NCBI GenBank assembly: GCA_026414185.1
Contig: JAOAJL010000002.1
Span: forward strand, 11,075-75,074
DNA length: 64,000 nt
Direction: 5' to 3'
From: Candidatus Micrarchaeota archaeon
GTDB taxonomy: Archaea > Micrarchaeota > Micrarchaeia > Anstonellales > Anstonellaceae
A program made the position numbers and the translations under genes. The notes below the pieces were generated by a model. It was not told the DNA's origin and ran no database searches. It saw only the letters and a program-made list of their open reading frames with translations. The first letter of the stretch is position 1, and each line of letters begins with the position of its first letter. Shown piece by piece: positions 33,818-42,770 of the stretch.

Positions 33818-34030
33818 CTATCTCTGCCTGGCAGACTCCTTTTTTGCCTCCCTTTTCACAGCTTCCTCCCCTGCAATCATCCTCGCGAGCGTTTCGGTGT
33901 TTTCTATATACTCCGCCGCGACATCGGAAAACTTCCTCTTCGTCTTCAGCGCTATCTTCATAAGCTCAAGGGCGATGTAGCGCATTTCAGAGTTGGCAGC
34001 CGCCTTCTGATTTTCCTCCTCCCCTTCCAT
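33818..34030 (-). CDS. small acidic/basic hypothetical protein (70 aa)
   Basis: ATG 34030 lies about 27 nt from a palindromic TATATATA box (34053-34060). Protein-like composition. Confidence 0.5.
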   Translation of the reverse strand: MEGEEENQKAAANSEMRYIALELMKIALKTKRKFSDVAAEYIENTETLARMIAGEEAVKREAKKESARQR

Positions 34031-34050
34031 GAGAAAAGTTCAGCCGCTAG

Positions 34051-34062
34051 CCTATATATAGA
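34051..34062. promoter_or_regulatory. bidirectional TATA box (CCTATATATAGA)
   Basis: About 27 nt from minus-strand ATG 34030 and about 55 nt from NMD3 ATG 34112 (which has a GGGGGG-rich leader). Confidence 0.5.
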
Positions 34063-34111
34063 TATCCCTCTCCATCGCCATCTGAAATGCCTGCCAAGGG
34101 GGGTATTCGGC

Positions 34112-34714
34112 ATGCGCTTTTGCCCGCTGTGCGGAAAAACTGATTCGCAAGGCGCCTTTTGCGGCGAGCTCTGCCAGCAATGCGCCGCCTCCAGGCTGCC
34201 CTCCCTGCCTGCCGTCCGGCTGGTGCTGTGCCAAAAGTGCGGCGCAATAATGGATAGGGCAGGAAAGAGAAAGCAGGCAACCCTGTCAGAGGAGGTTGTC
34301 CGCCTGCTTAGGCTGAGGCGGAAAAACGCCGAATACGATGGCGCCTCATCCTCAGTTTCATACGACTCTTCTTTTGGCAGAATAAGCCAGCCTGTAGCGG
34401 TTCTCAAAAGCCAGGGAGTCTGCGCAGAGTGTAGCCGTGCGGCATCCAGCTACTTTGAAGCCATAATACAGCTTAGGGGAGCGCAAGAGAAAGTTGAAAG
34501 GACAGCCAGAAGGCTTCTTGGGCTGCTGGAAAAAAAATCGTTCGTCCCTAAGATTGAAAAGCTGAAGGAGGGGCTGGACCTGTATTGCGGCTCGCGCAAC
34601 GAAGCCATAGCAGCCCTCAATTCCCTCTCGCTTGGCTTTTTGAGGACTGAGAAACTGGCAGGGCAACGGAGCGGAAAGCGCCTCTACCGAACCACTCTGC
34701 TTGTGCGGCTTTAA
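34112..34714 (+). CDS. NMD3-family ribosome biogenesis protein, short form (N-terminal domain only)
   Basis: Start ATG 34112. MRFCPLCGK...CGELCQQC...LVLCQKCG...CAECSRAASSYFEAIIQLRG carries the four CxxC and the YFEAIIQLR signature of NMD3. 200 aa. Confidence 0.75.
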   Translation: MRFCPLCGKTDSQGAFCGELCQQCAASRLPSLPAVRLVLCQKCGAIMDRAGKRKQATLSEEVVRLLRLRRKNAEYDGASSSVSYDSSFGRISQPVAVLKSQGVCAECSRAASSYFEAIIQLRGAQEKVERTARRLLGLLEKKSFVPKIEKLKEGLDLYCGSRNEAIAALNSLSLGFLRTEKLAGQRSGKRLYRTTLLVRL

Positions 34715-34771
34715 AAGCCCGTTCCATCATATTTTATAACTGCTTGTGATAATTACAAAAAGAGGATAAAA

Positions 34772-35527
34772 ATGGCGATATACAGGATGCGGAATCTTTC
34801 CTCAATCTGCAGCTCTTCCGACCCGCGTGACAGGCAGATTGCTGTGTTTGCACTCAAAAACAACATAAGGCGCCTGTCCTACAAGGACTACAAATACCTC
34901 TACTGCCTTCTTTGCGTGGAAGAAATAAGCCTCGCCGTGGGCGGCAGCCCGATGCAGGAAAAAGAAAAAGCCATGCGGCTTTGGCTTGAGGCTGCGCGCC
35001 TTGACAGGAGGATGGAGCTTACAAAGAAAGCCATCCGGCCCTCCTGCCTCCAAGCGGGGCTTTTCAGAAAGATAAAGCCTGTGCTTGAAAAAGAGCTTCG
35101 CCCGCAGAAGCTCTCACTGCTCCTGGAGGTGCGGGAAGAGATGGGCGCAGCCCTCTCCAAGCTCTTTGTTTCAAGCGTAAAGGGGGAAGCGCACGAGCAG
35201 TTCTGGAAAAACATAACAACAGCAATGCTCCTTCTTGACACCCTCGCAGACCTCTTCAAAGACAGGGCAGAAGGGCTGCTGAAAAAGATTGACTTGCGGG
35301 GCGTTGCCCTTCTTTTGCGCAAGCTCGCCAAAAGCTCTGTCTGCGCAGTAAGGCACATCGGGCTTTTCAGAAGCATCAGGCTTCTTTTCCACCCAGTGGT
35401 CATGACCATAAAGGGCGGCTTTGAAAGCGAAACTGCCAAAGAAAAGCAAAGGGAAATCTTCCCTGCCGCCCCTATGGAAAGTACTCCAAAAGCTTACGAA
35501 TGTCAGGCGCCTGGCTGCCGAACTTAG
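34772..35527 (+). CDS. hypothetical helical protein (251 aa)
   Basis: ORF with TATA-like CATATTTTATAAC about 35-40 nt upstream and AGAGGA before the ATG. No family recognised. The 3' end overlaps the convergent gene by 56 nt. Confidence 0.55.
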   Translation: MAIYRMRNLSSICSSSDPRDRQIAVFALKNNIRRLSYKDYKYLYCLLCVEEISLAVGGSPMQEKEKAMRLWLEAARLDRRMELTKKAIRPSCLQAGLFRKIKPVLEKELRPQKLSLLLEVREEMGAALSKLFVSSVKGEAHEQFWKNITTAMLLLDTLADLFKDRAEGLLKKIDLRGVALLLRKLAKSSVCAVRHIGLFRSIRLLFHPVVMTIKGGFESETAKEKQREIFPAAPMESTPKAYECQAPGCRT

Positions 35528-36044
35528 CATGCCAGGCACGCGCGAGCTTTCCATGCTCAAGCAGGTCCTTGCCCAGCCGCCTTGCAACTTCCTCCGTGCC
35601 TTCTTCGCGGGCAAACCCGGCAGGGCAAAGCGCGCCTTTTTTCACCGCCCTGCCGTCAAGCTCAAAGGGATAAAGCCGGCAGACGGCGGGTCTTTTGGGA
35701 TAAACACCGCAGCGCAAGTCCTCCTCCAAAAAAATGCATTCTTTTTTCTGCCTCCGCTTCAGTATAATGAAATATTCATGGACCTTGCCTCCTTGCTGGA
35801 CAAGAAGGGGATAGTGCGGCGTCTTTTTCCCCTCAATATTTTCGGAAAACTCCAAGAACTCCTCTGGCTTCAAGCCCGTTTCCGCAACCATCCGTTTTGC
35901 CTCCGGGATGGTCAGGACAACGGCAAGCCCCCTGCAGCAGCGCGCGGTGCAGAAGCGGCAGGAGTTTGTTATTGAAGGGCAGACGGAAAGCGACATAAAC
36001 TCAGTGCCGGGCTTTGCCGGCTGGGGCGAGGGGCGGCGTTCCAC
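35472..36044 (-). CDS. YkgJ/UPF0153-family cysteine-cluster (CxxCxxxCC) protein
   Basis: NSCRFCTARCC motif plus downstream CIFL...LRCGVY...CRLYPF cysteines. The start may be the internal ATG at 35996. Confidence 0.7.
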   Translation of the reverse strand: MERRPSPQPAKPGTEFMSLSVCPSITNSCRFCTARCCRGLAVVLTIPEAKRMVAETGLKPEEFLEFSENIEGKKTPHYPLLVQQGGKVHEYFIILKRRQKKECIFLEEDLRCGVYPKRPAVCRLYPFELDGRAVKKGALCPAGFAREEGTEEVARRLGKDLLEHGKLARAWHAKFGSQAPDIRKLLEYFP

Positions 36045-36100
36045 AACCTTAGGGATACAGAGGAACTGCGGTTCCCCTATCTGCCCATTTGCTTCGCAGA

Positions 36101-36208
36101 TGGGATCGTAGGGATTTGAACCCTAACATGCAGGTGTATTCTGTTGCCCGCGCCTTTGCGCAGGCGAGATCTGGAGCCTGCCGCGCTACCAAGTTACGCC
36201 ACGACCCC
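36101..36208 (-). tRNA. tRNA-Trp (anticodon CCA) with 35-nt canonical intron
   Basis: Reverse complement reads GGGGTCG-TG-GCGT-AACTTGGTA-GCGC-G-GCAGG-CTCCAG-[35-nt intron, plus coordinates 36136-36170]-A-CCTGC-ATGT-TAGGG-TTCAAAT-CCCTA-CGATCCC-A. TATA-like box about 30 nt upstream. Confidence 0.85.
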
Positions 36209-36247
36209 TTATTAGCGTTTATTTCCGCAATCGGCTTAAAAGGGTAG

Positions 36248-36778
36248 CTATGCTGCGAACGCCTCGTAAAGCATCACAAGGGTTATGAGCTTGGCAAGGA
36301 AAATGACGGCTGCCAGCTTTGCCAAGTCAATAGTGGTCATCTCCATGAGCGCAAGCCCAAGCTCATCCGGCAGGGGAAGCCCAAAGACGAAAAAGCCCCC
36401 AATCGGAAAAGCGTAGGAGAACCGCTCAAACCTATCCCGGAGCCTCTGAAGAAGGGCGCGCGAGTTTTTCTCAAGGGTTTTTCTTACCGCCCAAAAAAGG
36501 GCGCAGTCCACAAAGGTGGCGGAAAGGCAGGCGACAAGCGCAACCTGCTGAGGATTGCCCATCTGCATCTGTTCCAGTATGACCACCATGGCAAAGGGCG
36601 TGGTCGCGCCAAGCGTGTAAAAGGCGCCGGCAAAAGCGGCGCCGGCAACCCCAAGCCCGCGCAAGTATTCCGCAACCGCCCTGTCATATCCGAATATGAC
36701 AAGGGCAAAGCTGGCGAGTATGAAAGCTATCGCAATCTGCAAGCGCAAATCAAGGCGGAAATGCTTGGCAAAAAGCAT
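36248..36778 (-). CDS. integral membrane protein (about 176 aa, 5-6 TM)
   Basis: I start at ATG 36778 (MLFAKHFRLDLRLQIAIAFIL...). The upstream part of the track ORF is Arg/Cys-rich and overlaps the transketolase end. Confidence 0.6.
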   Translation of the reverse strand: MLFAKHFRLDLRLQIAIAFILASFALVIFGYDRAVAEYLRGLGVAGAAFAGAFYTLGATTPFAMVVILEQMQMGNPQQVALVACLSATFVDCALFWAVRKTLEKNSRALLQRLRDRFERFSYAFPIGGFFVFGLPLPDELGLALMEMTTIDLAKLAAVIFLAKLITLVMLYEAFAA

Positions 36779-36792
36779 GGAAACGCACGCGC

Positions 36793-38796
36793 CTATGCCC
36801 TCTCTTTTCTTCGCACCAGTTCCTTTGCCCTGGCAGCGATGTGCTCTGCGGCAAGCCCGAATTTTTTGACAAGCTCCCAAGGCGCGCCAGACTCGCCGAA
36901 GCTGTCTTCTACCCCTATCCTGCCAAAAGCAATCGGCTTTTTGCACTCCTCAAGTATTATGGCGGCAACAATGTTTCCAAGCCCGCCCTTCTGGTGCTCC
37001 TCGGCAGTCAGGACCGCTCCGGTCTGATTCGCCGCGTCTATTATCGCCTGCCGGTCTATCGGCTTTACGGTTGAAACATTCACCACCCGCGCCTTTATCC
37101 CGAACTCCTCCTTCAGTATCCAGGCAGCCCGCATTGCCTCGGGCACCTCGGGTCCGCATGCGATTATGGCAATGTCCTCATTCTCGTTTTTCGCTTCTGT
37201 TGAAAGCGCATGCTCAAATGCGTCCATAAAGCGCGGCTTCTCCCCCCGGTATCTGATTACTGTCGCCACTCCGTATTTGTAGGGCGTTTTCTCGTCCGTG
37301 ACGACTGGCGTGGCTTCCCTCGCATACCTAATGTATTGCGGCCCCGCAGTTTCAATCATCGCCCTCGTGGCTTTTCTGGTTTCCACCGCGTCAGCGGGCA
37401 CAAGCAAGCCCATATTCGGCAGGCCGGCAATCACAAATATCTCCTCAAGCGCCTGGTGTGTCGCCCCATCAGGCCCAACAGACACCCCGCCGTGCGCGCC
37501 GACTATTTTCGCATTCCAGTTGCCGTAGGCGACAGTTGTTCTGACTTGGTCAAGCGCCCTGCCTGCGGCAAAAACCCCGTATGTCCCGAAGAAGGGTATC
37601 TTGCCCTCCTTGGCAAAGCCAGCCGCCACGCACGTGCCCGACTGCTCTGCTATGCCCATGGAGAAAAACCGGCCCTTCCTTTCAGGCTTTCCCTCGTAAA
37701 ACAGGTTTATGCAGATTGAGCCTGATATGTCTGCCCCCAGCGCAACAATTGCAGGATTTTCGTTTTGCTGAAGCTCCTCGCCAAAGCCAAAGCGCGTCGC
37801 CTTCATCTCCACCTTCATCTTCTCCTGCGCGTTCCACCAGTAGTTTTTGGAAAACTTCGGCATGGAATCCTCAATCTGCTTTTCCACCTTCCTCTGATGC
37901 GCCTCCGCAATGGCAAACATCTCCTCTTTCGGCAGGTATTCAACCCCAAGCTCGGCAAGCGCCTTACCAAGCTCCTCCTTGTTTGGCGCCTTCCCATGCC
38001 AGCCGGCGAGGTTCTCCATGAAAGAAACCCCCTTGCCTTTCACGGTTCTGCATATGATGGCTGTTGGCTTTCCTTTTGTCCTGCCCGCCTGCTCAAAAGC
38101 GGAAAGCAGAGCCTCAACGTCGTGCCCGTCGCACTCAATAACGTGCCAGCCAAATGCACGGTATTTCTCTGCAATCGGCTCTATGTTCATGACCTCACTT
38201 ACCGGTCCGTCTATCTGCAGGTTGTTTTTGTCCACTATTCCAACAAGGTTGTCAAGCTTGTAGTGGGCAGCTTCCATGGCAGCCTCCCAAATCTGCCCCT
38301 CCTGCTGCTCGCCATCCCCCATTAGGCAGAAAACGCGGTAATCCCTGCCGTCAAGCTTCGCGGCAAGGGCATCGCCAACCGCTATTGAAAGCCCCTGCCC
38401 AAGCGAGCCGCAGGAAGCCTCAATTCCAACGCACTTTTTTCTGTCAGGATGCCCCTGGAAAGGGGAGCCAAGCTTGCGCAGGGTGGCAGTCTGCTTCACA
38501 TCAAAGTAGCCGCAGTAGCCAAGCGCAACATACCAGGCAGGCGCCTTGTGGCCGCCAGAGAAAAACAGCCTGTCGCGCCCCTCCCAGCCAGGCTCAGAGG
38601 GCTTGTGGCGCATCACCCTCAGATAAAGGCAGGCTACGATATCCATGCAGGAAAGCGTCCCGCCAGAGTGCCCGCTTCCCGCGCAGCAAAGCGAGATGAG
38701 GGCATAGCCGCGCATCTCAGCCGCAGCCTTTCTTATCTGTTCAGCAGAATAATTCTTTTCCTGCCCGCTTCTGTCAATTATCCCCATGCCAATCAC
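36793..38796 (-). CDS. tkt: transketolase (full-length, N- and C-terminal halves fused)
   Basis: 667 aa. GSGHSGGTLS and GDGEQQEGQIWEA TPP motifs, plus pyrimidine-binding and C-terminal domains. The start overlaps the upstream stop by 4 nt. Confidence 0.9.
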   Translation of the reverse strand: MIGMGIIDRSGQEKNYSAEQIRKAAAEMRGYALISLCCAGSGHSGGTLSCMDIVACLYLRVMRHKPSEPGWEGRDRLFFSGGHKAPAWYVALGYCGYFDVKQTATLRKLGSPFQGHPDRKKCVGIEASCGSLGQGLSIAVGDALAAKLDGRDYRVFCLMGDGEQQEGQIWEAAMEAAHYKLDNLVGIVDKNNLQIDGPVSEVMNIEPIAEKYRAFGWHVIECDGHDVEALLSAFEQAGRTKGKPTAIICRTVKGKGVSFMENLAGWHGKAPNKEELGKALAELGVEYLPKEEMFAIAEAHQRKVEKQIEDSMPKFSKNYWWNAQEKMKVEMKATRFGFGEELQQNENPAIVALGADISGSICINLFYEGKPERKGRFFSMGIAEQSGTCVAAGFAKEGKIPFFGTYGVFAAGRALDQVRTTVAYGNWNAKIVGAHGGVSVGPDGATHQALEEIFVIAGLPNMGLLVPADAVETRKATRAMIETAGPQYIRYAREATPVVTDEKTPYKYGVATVIRYRGEKPRFMDAFEHALSTEAKNENEDIAIIACGPEVPEAMRAAWILKEEFGIKARVVNVSTVKPIDRQAIIDAANQTGAVLTAEEHQKGGLGNIVAAIILEECKKPIAFGRIGVEDSFGESGAPWELVKKFGLAAEHIAARAKELVRRKERA

Positions 38797-39986
38797 AGCC
38801 CCCCTTCAATTGCCTTCTTCATCCTTCTTAAGCCCTCAACAATGTTCTCCTTTGAGGTCGCGTAGCTTAGCCGGAGATATTGCTGGGTTTCTTCCGGGTT
38901 TTTCCTGCCAAAGTGGATGTCAGACAAGACAGCCACGCCGTTTTTCAAAAGGAGCTTGCGCAGCTGCTCGGAGCTTTCAAGCCCGAGATTGTAAAGCGCT
39001 TCCGTAACATTCGGGAAAACGTAAAACGCACCGCCTGGCGTCAGGCACCGCACCCCCTTTATGTCATTCAGCAGCTTCACGATGAGGTCGCGCCTTTCGC
39101 GGAAGGAAGCAATCATTTTCTTCGTTTCGTCCTGCGGCCCGTCAAGCGCCTCCTGCAGCGCATACTGCGCCATGTGGTTCGGGCATGCCTCTATGTTGGT
39201 CATCCAGCGCGCCATGTGAGGGGCAAGAACAGGGTTTGCCATAAAACCCATCCTCCATCCAGTCATGGCATATGCCTTTGACGCCCCGTCGGATATTATG
39301 GTCCGCTCGTACATGCCAGGCAGGCTTGCGATGCTCTCAAATTTCCTGTCGTAGGAAAGCTGCCAGTAGATTTCATCCGCATAAACCCAGAAGTTGTGCT
39401 TTGCCGCCAAAGCGGCTATGCCCTCCAAATCCTGGCGGCTTAATATTCCGCCTGTTGGGTTGTGCGGGGTATTTATAATCAGGAGCCTCGTTCTCGGCGT
39501 TATCCTCTTTTTGAGCTCATCCAGCTCAAAGCTGAACCCCTTTTTTTCGGTGAGGGGAAGAGGCACAGGCACCGCGCCGTTTGCGACAGCCTGCGACTCA
39601 TAAATCGGGTAGCCCGGGTTTGGATAAATCACTTCGTCGCCAACCCCGTAGTCCGTTGTGGAGAGAATCGCAAACGCAATAAACGCCTTCGCGCCGTTCG
39701 CTATCACAACATGCTCCGGCTTGCAGTCCACCCCCCTGCTTTTTGAGATGAAGCGGGCAACAGACTGGCGCACAGAATAAAGCCCAGCAGAGTCTGTGTA
39801 GCCGGTCTTTCCCTCGTTTATCGCCTTTATTGCGGCATCCTTTATGTGCCTTGGAGTGTCAAAGTCAGGCTGCCCTATGCAAAAGCTGATTATGTCGTTT
39901 CCTTCCCTCACAAGCCTGTTGACTTCTGCAAGCACCTCAAAGGCAGTTTCTGTGCCTAGGTTGGCTGTCCGGCTGGAAATGCGCAC
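38793..39986 (-). CDS. class I/II pyridoxal-phosphate aminotransferase (aspartate aminotransferase-like)
   Basis: SKAYAMTGWRMGF PLP-lysine motif and NPHNPTGG-like PHNPTGG. I start at GTG 39986, 4 nt after GGGAGGTGA. The track ORF extends to 40040. Confidence 0.85.
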   Translation of the reverse strand: MRISSRTANLGTETAFEVLAEVNRLVREGNDIISFCIGQPDFDTPRHIKDAAIKAINEGKTGYTDSAGLYSVRQSVARFISKSRGVDCKPEHVVIANGAKAFIAFAILSTTDYGVGDEVIYPNPGYPIYESQAVANGAVPVPLPLTEKKGFSFELDELKKRITPRTRLLIINTPHNPTGGILSRQDLEGIAALAAKHNFWVYADEIYWQLSYDRKFESIASLPGMYERTIISDGASKAYAMTGWRMGFMANPVLAPHMARWMTNIEACPNHMAQYALQEALDGPQDETKKMIASFRERRDLIVKLLNDIKGVRCLTPGGAFYVFPNVTEALYNLGLESSEQLRKLLLKNGVAVLSDIHFGRKNPEETQQYLRLSYATSKENIVEGLRRMKKAIEGGL

Positions 39987-40089
39987 AAATTCACCTCCCT
40001 TCAAACCGTGCCTGTGGGCAATTGGCAATTTAGCCCACATTTAGCCGCATTTATTTTTTAATCTTCCCCAAGCGAATCTCTTCCGCTAC

Positions 40090-40102
40090 TGTTTTAAATT
40101 CC
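40090..40102 (+). promoter_or_regulatory. TATA-like box (TGTTTTAAATTCC)
   Basis: Centred about 27 nt upstream of ATG 40123 (leaderless arrangement). Confidence 0.5.
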
Positions 40103-40122
40103 CGCATCAAATAGGGGCGGAC

Positions 40123-41592
40123 ATGGGAAAGCAGATGGGGCAGCTTGCCTTGGCGTTTTCTCTTCTGCTTCTTTTTCAGCCCGCCTTTTGCGCCCAGGCG
40201 CCCATTGAGCGCTTTGCCAATCTCACTTTTGAGCCAGACCAGCAAGTAAGCTTCCATTTCCTCCTGCCGCAAAGGACGCACGCGATAGTCAAGGCGGACG
40301 GAGCCGAAATCTACGTCATTGAAGCCGTTTCGGGCAAAACTCTCCGCGAAGCCAAGGAGATAGAGGCTCTTCTTGTGGAAGATGCCAAAAGCCGCACCAA
40401 GCTGGAGGCGATTCTCTCCTCCGCATTGTCATTTCCAGACGAGGTCTCCTCTGCAAAAGCAGAGGCAGAAAAAAAGTGCATGCAGTATACCGGAACAGAT
40501 TTGCACGATTGCACTGACAAGCATTCCTGTATCCTTTCCTGCATGTCGGTGCCGCTGTGCTCCACTCCCCTTTATTCGGACGGGTTTTGGGAGGCAATAC
40601 TTGACTGGACAACCTCGCGCAAGGCTTTTGACGCGGCGATTGGAGAATACCGGATGCAGCTCAACGCGCTCTTATCCAACGCATCTTCAATAGAAAGCGC
40701 GGAGGCGGTCCTGATGAGGCTTGAAGCCCTTTCGCTCAACATGTCGGCAAACCCTATTTTCCTAAACAGGACTGACGAGGGGTGCGCGGCAGGCGGCACG
40801 GTGCGCTGCTTTGAGTTCTGCCAAAAGATTGATTACTCAGCCTCCAGGATAAGGCAGGAAAAGCAAAACCTCGCCCTGCTCAAGGCAGCGCTTTCGGAGA
40901 TTGCCTCTCAGCAGTCGCGGGCAAAGGCGATAGCAGAGGCAAGCAGGCGCCAAGACGAGTATGTTTCAAGTCGCGGAAGAGATTTTGAAAAGCTGAGGAT
41001 AAGGACTCTGTCTGAGGCAAAAAAGCTCAGGGAGAGGGCTGAGAAGCTTTCTGGAAAGGTTGAAGACGGGCAGCTTGAAATGCAGCTTGCCGAGCTGGAG
41101 AATCTCTCAAGGCAGATAGCCTTGCTTGGCAAAAGCAGCCTTTACCGGCAGGCGTTTTCCGCAGAATCCTCCTTCAACCAAAAGCACAGTGAGGTTTCGG
41201 CGAGGATTGAGCAGGACGAGAAAGCCCATAATGAGGCGCAAAAGCTTCTTTCAGACATAAGCAACCAGCTTGAGCGCTCTTCCTGGCTTTTGGACGATTC
41301 ATCAAAAAGCAAATACGCTGCCATCTTGGCAGATTACAGCAAAAACCTCTCTTCCCCCCAAACCCCAAAGCAACTTTCCGAGGCAAGAGAGGGCATGCGG
41401 CTGCTCAAATCGCAGCTTTCGGAGGAAATCGCCGAGAGGGCGGCAAGCCAACAGCCTCAGCTTTCCCCGCCAGGCGCAGCTAGTGGGGATTCCAGGCAGT
41501 CTGCCGAGGCAGCGCCAGCCGTTCCTTGCCTGCCAGGGCTTTTCATCTTGCTTGCGCTTTTTGCTCAGCCGCGCAGGTCATATGGGAAGTAA
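40123..41592 (+). CDS. secreted surface protein, largely helical, with C-terminal PGF-CTERM-like anchor
   Basis: Signal peptide MGKQMGQLALAFSLLLLFQPAFCAQA. A Cys-rich segment (KKCMQYTGTDLHDCTDKHSCILSCMSVPLC). A long Ala/Glu/Ser/Leu-rich helical region. Tail AVPCLPGLFILLALFAQPRRSYGK. Confidence 0.7.
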   Translation: MGKQMGQLALAFSLLLLFQPAFCAQAPIERFANLTFEPDQQVSFHFLLPQRTHAIVKADGAEIYVIEAVSGKTLREAKEIEALLVEDAKSRTKLEAILSSALSFPDEVSSAKAEAEKKCMQYTGTDLHDCTDKHSCILSCMSVPLCSTPLYSDGFWEAILDWTTSRKAFDAAIGEYRMQLNALLSNASSIESAEAVLMRLEALSLNMSANPIFLNRTDEGCAAGGTVRCFEFCQKIDYSASRIRQEKQNLALLKAALSEIASQQSRAKAIAEASRRQDEYVSSRGRDFEKLRIRTLSEAKKLRERAEKLSGKVEDGQLEMQLAELENLSRQIALLGKSSLYRQAFSAESSFNQKHSEVSARIEQDEKAHNEAQKLLSDISNQLERSSWLLDDSSKSKYAAILADYSKNLSSPQTPKQLSEAREGMRLLKSQLSEEIAERAASQQPQLSPPGAASGDSRQSAEAAPAVPCLPGLFILLALFAQPRRSYGK

Positions 41593-42056
41593 ATCCACTT
41601 GTCGCGTGGCATCCACTTAACGAAGTAGTCAGGCTCAAAGGAAGAGCATTCCTTGCGGAACATCACCGCCGTTTTGACCTTGCCCTTCTTTTGCAGGTAT
41701 CTTTTTGTCACCCGCATGGTCGTGCCGGAATCCACCAAATCGTCGGCAAGCAGTATCTTTCCCTTTACGGGCTCAACCGACGATATCCTCGTGTCAAATC
41801 TGAGCCTGCCCCTTTTTTTATTCTGGTAGGACTGCACCGTGATGACTGCCAACGGCCGCTTCAAGTATTCAGAGAGCATCAGCCCGACAGGGAGCCCTCC
41901 CCTGCTTATGCAGACTATGACATCCGGGACAAAGCCACTCCTTTTTATCTTCCTGCCAAGCGCAGATATGTTGCGGTGGTATTCCTGCCAGCTTATCCTT
42001 ATCCCATCCGGCATAACCATCTTATCGCAGGGGTAGCGTTTAAATAGGCTTGCCAC
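41565..42056 (-). CDS. purine phosphoribosyltransferase (hypoxanthine/xanthine-guanine PRT-like)
   Basis: ILLADDLVDSGTTM PRPP-binding motif. 163 aa. Confidence 0.8.
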   Translation of the reverse strand: MASLFKRYPCDKMVMPDGIRISWQEYHRNISALGRKIKRSGFVPDVIVCISRGGLPVGLMLSEYLKRPLAVITVQSYQNKKRGRLRFDTRISSVEPVKGKILLADDLVDSGTTMRVTKRYLQKKGKVKTAVMFRKECSSFEPDYFVKWMPRDKWIYFPYDLRG

Positions 42057-42086
42057 AAAAGAGTTGGAGCGACGGAGGTTTTGCAG

Positions 42087-42344
42087 ATGAAGGGCAGGAT
42101 TTCAAACTACCGCAGGGGCGTTCACACTGAATACACAAACCAATACGTCATTGAAGTTGATGGGGTGCGCGACCGGCAGTCTGCGAAAGGCATGGTTGGC
42201 AAAAGGGTGGTTTTCAAAACCCAGACTGGAAAGGAGATTGTCGGCAGGATAAGCAAGGCTCACGGCAATTCGGGCGCGGTTCTTGCGCGCTTTGAGAAGG
42301 GCTTGCCAGGGCAGGCTATAGGCGCAGAGGTGGAAATTTCTTAA
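42087..42344 (+). CDS. rpl35ae: 50S ribosomal protein L35Ae (eL33)
   Basis: MKGRISNYRRGVHTEYTNQYVIEV...GKRVVFKTQTGKEIVGRISKAHGNSGAVLARF. ATG 42087 lies 8 nt after GGAGGT. The track starts at TTG 42081. Confidence 0.9.
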   Translation: MKGRISNYRRGVHTEYTNQYVIEVDGVRDRQSAKGMVGKRVVFKTQTGKEIVGRISKAHGNSGAVLARFEKGLPGQAIGAEVEIS

Positions 42345-42368
42345 TCTTTCCTGCCTCATCCTTCTTCT

Positions 42369-42770
42369 ATGAAAAGAGACTTCCGCTTCCTTGAGCACAC
42401 GGCAGACATAATGTTTGAGGCGTACGGCAAAAGCTACCCGCAAGCCCTTGAAAATGCCGCCCTCGCGCTTTTTTCAGTCATAGGCAAAGCCAAGCCGAAA
42501 AAAAGGGCGGTGCTTTCGCTCTCGGCACACAGCCTTGAGGAGTTGACCGTGCAGGCGCTTTCCGAGCTGCTTGCGTATATGGATATCCACCAGGTTGTGT
42601 TTGCCAAGATGAAGGTGCTTGACTTTGACCCCTCCCGCAATTGGCTTGAGATGGAGGCGTGGGGCGAAAAAGTGCGCCCGCGCGACCACGTCAAGGCGGT
42701 GACATATCATGAGCTTATGGTCAAAAACGAGGATGGAAAATGGACGATAAGGATTCTGCTTGATGTTTAG
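42369..42770 (+). CDS. archease (RtcB tRNA-ligase cofactor)
   Basis: FRFLEHTADIMFEAYGKS N-terminal signature and KAVTYHEL near the C-terminus. Confidence 0.9.
   Translation: MKRDFRFLEHTADIMFEAYGKSYPQALENAALALFSVIGKAKPKKRAVLSLSAHSLEELTVQALSELLAYMDIHQVVFAKMKVLDFDPSRNWLEMEAWGEKVRPRDHVKAVTYHELMVKNEDGKWTIRILLDV

Noticed and set aside
36136-36170. C/D-box sRNA inside the tRNA-Trp intron
   Set aside because: The intron is only 35 nt and lacks C (TGATGA) and D (CTGA) boxes.
36793-38796. Fused full-length transketolase as an anomaly, since many archaea have split N and C genes
   Set aside because: Fused forms also occur in archaea. No junction irregularity was seen, so it is not reported as a finding.
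40051-40281. 76-aa minus-strand ORF between the aminotransferase and the surface protein genes
   Set aside because: It overlaps the signal-peptide region and promoter of the plus-strand gene 40123-41592. It is lysine-rich because it reads through AT-rich promoter DNA.
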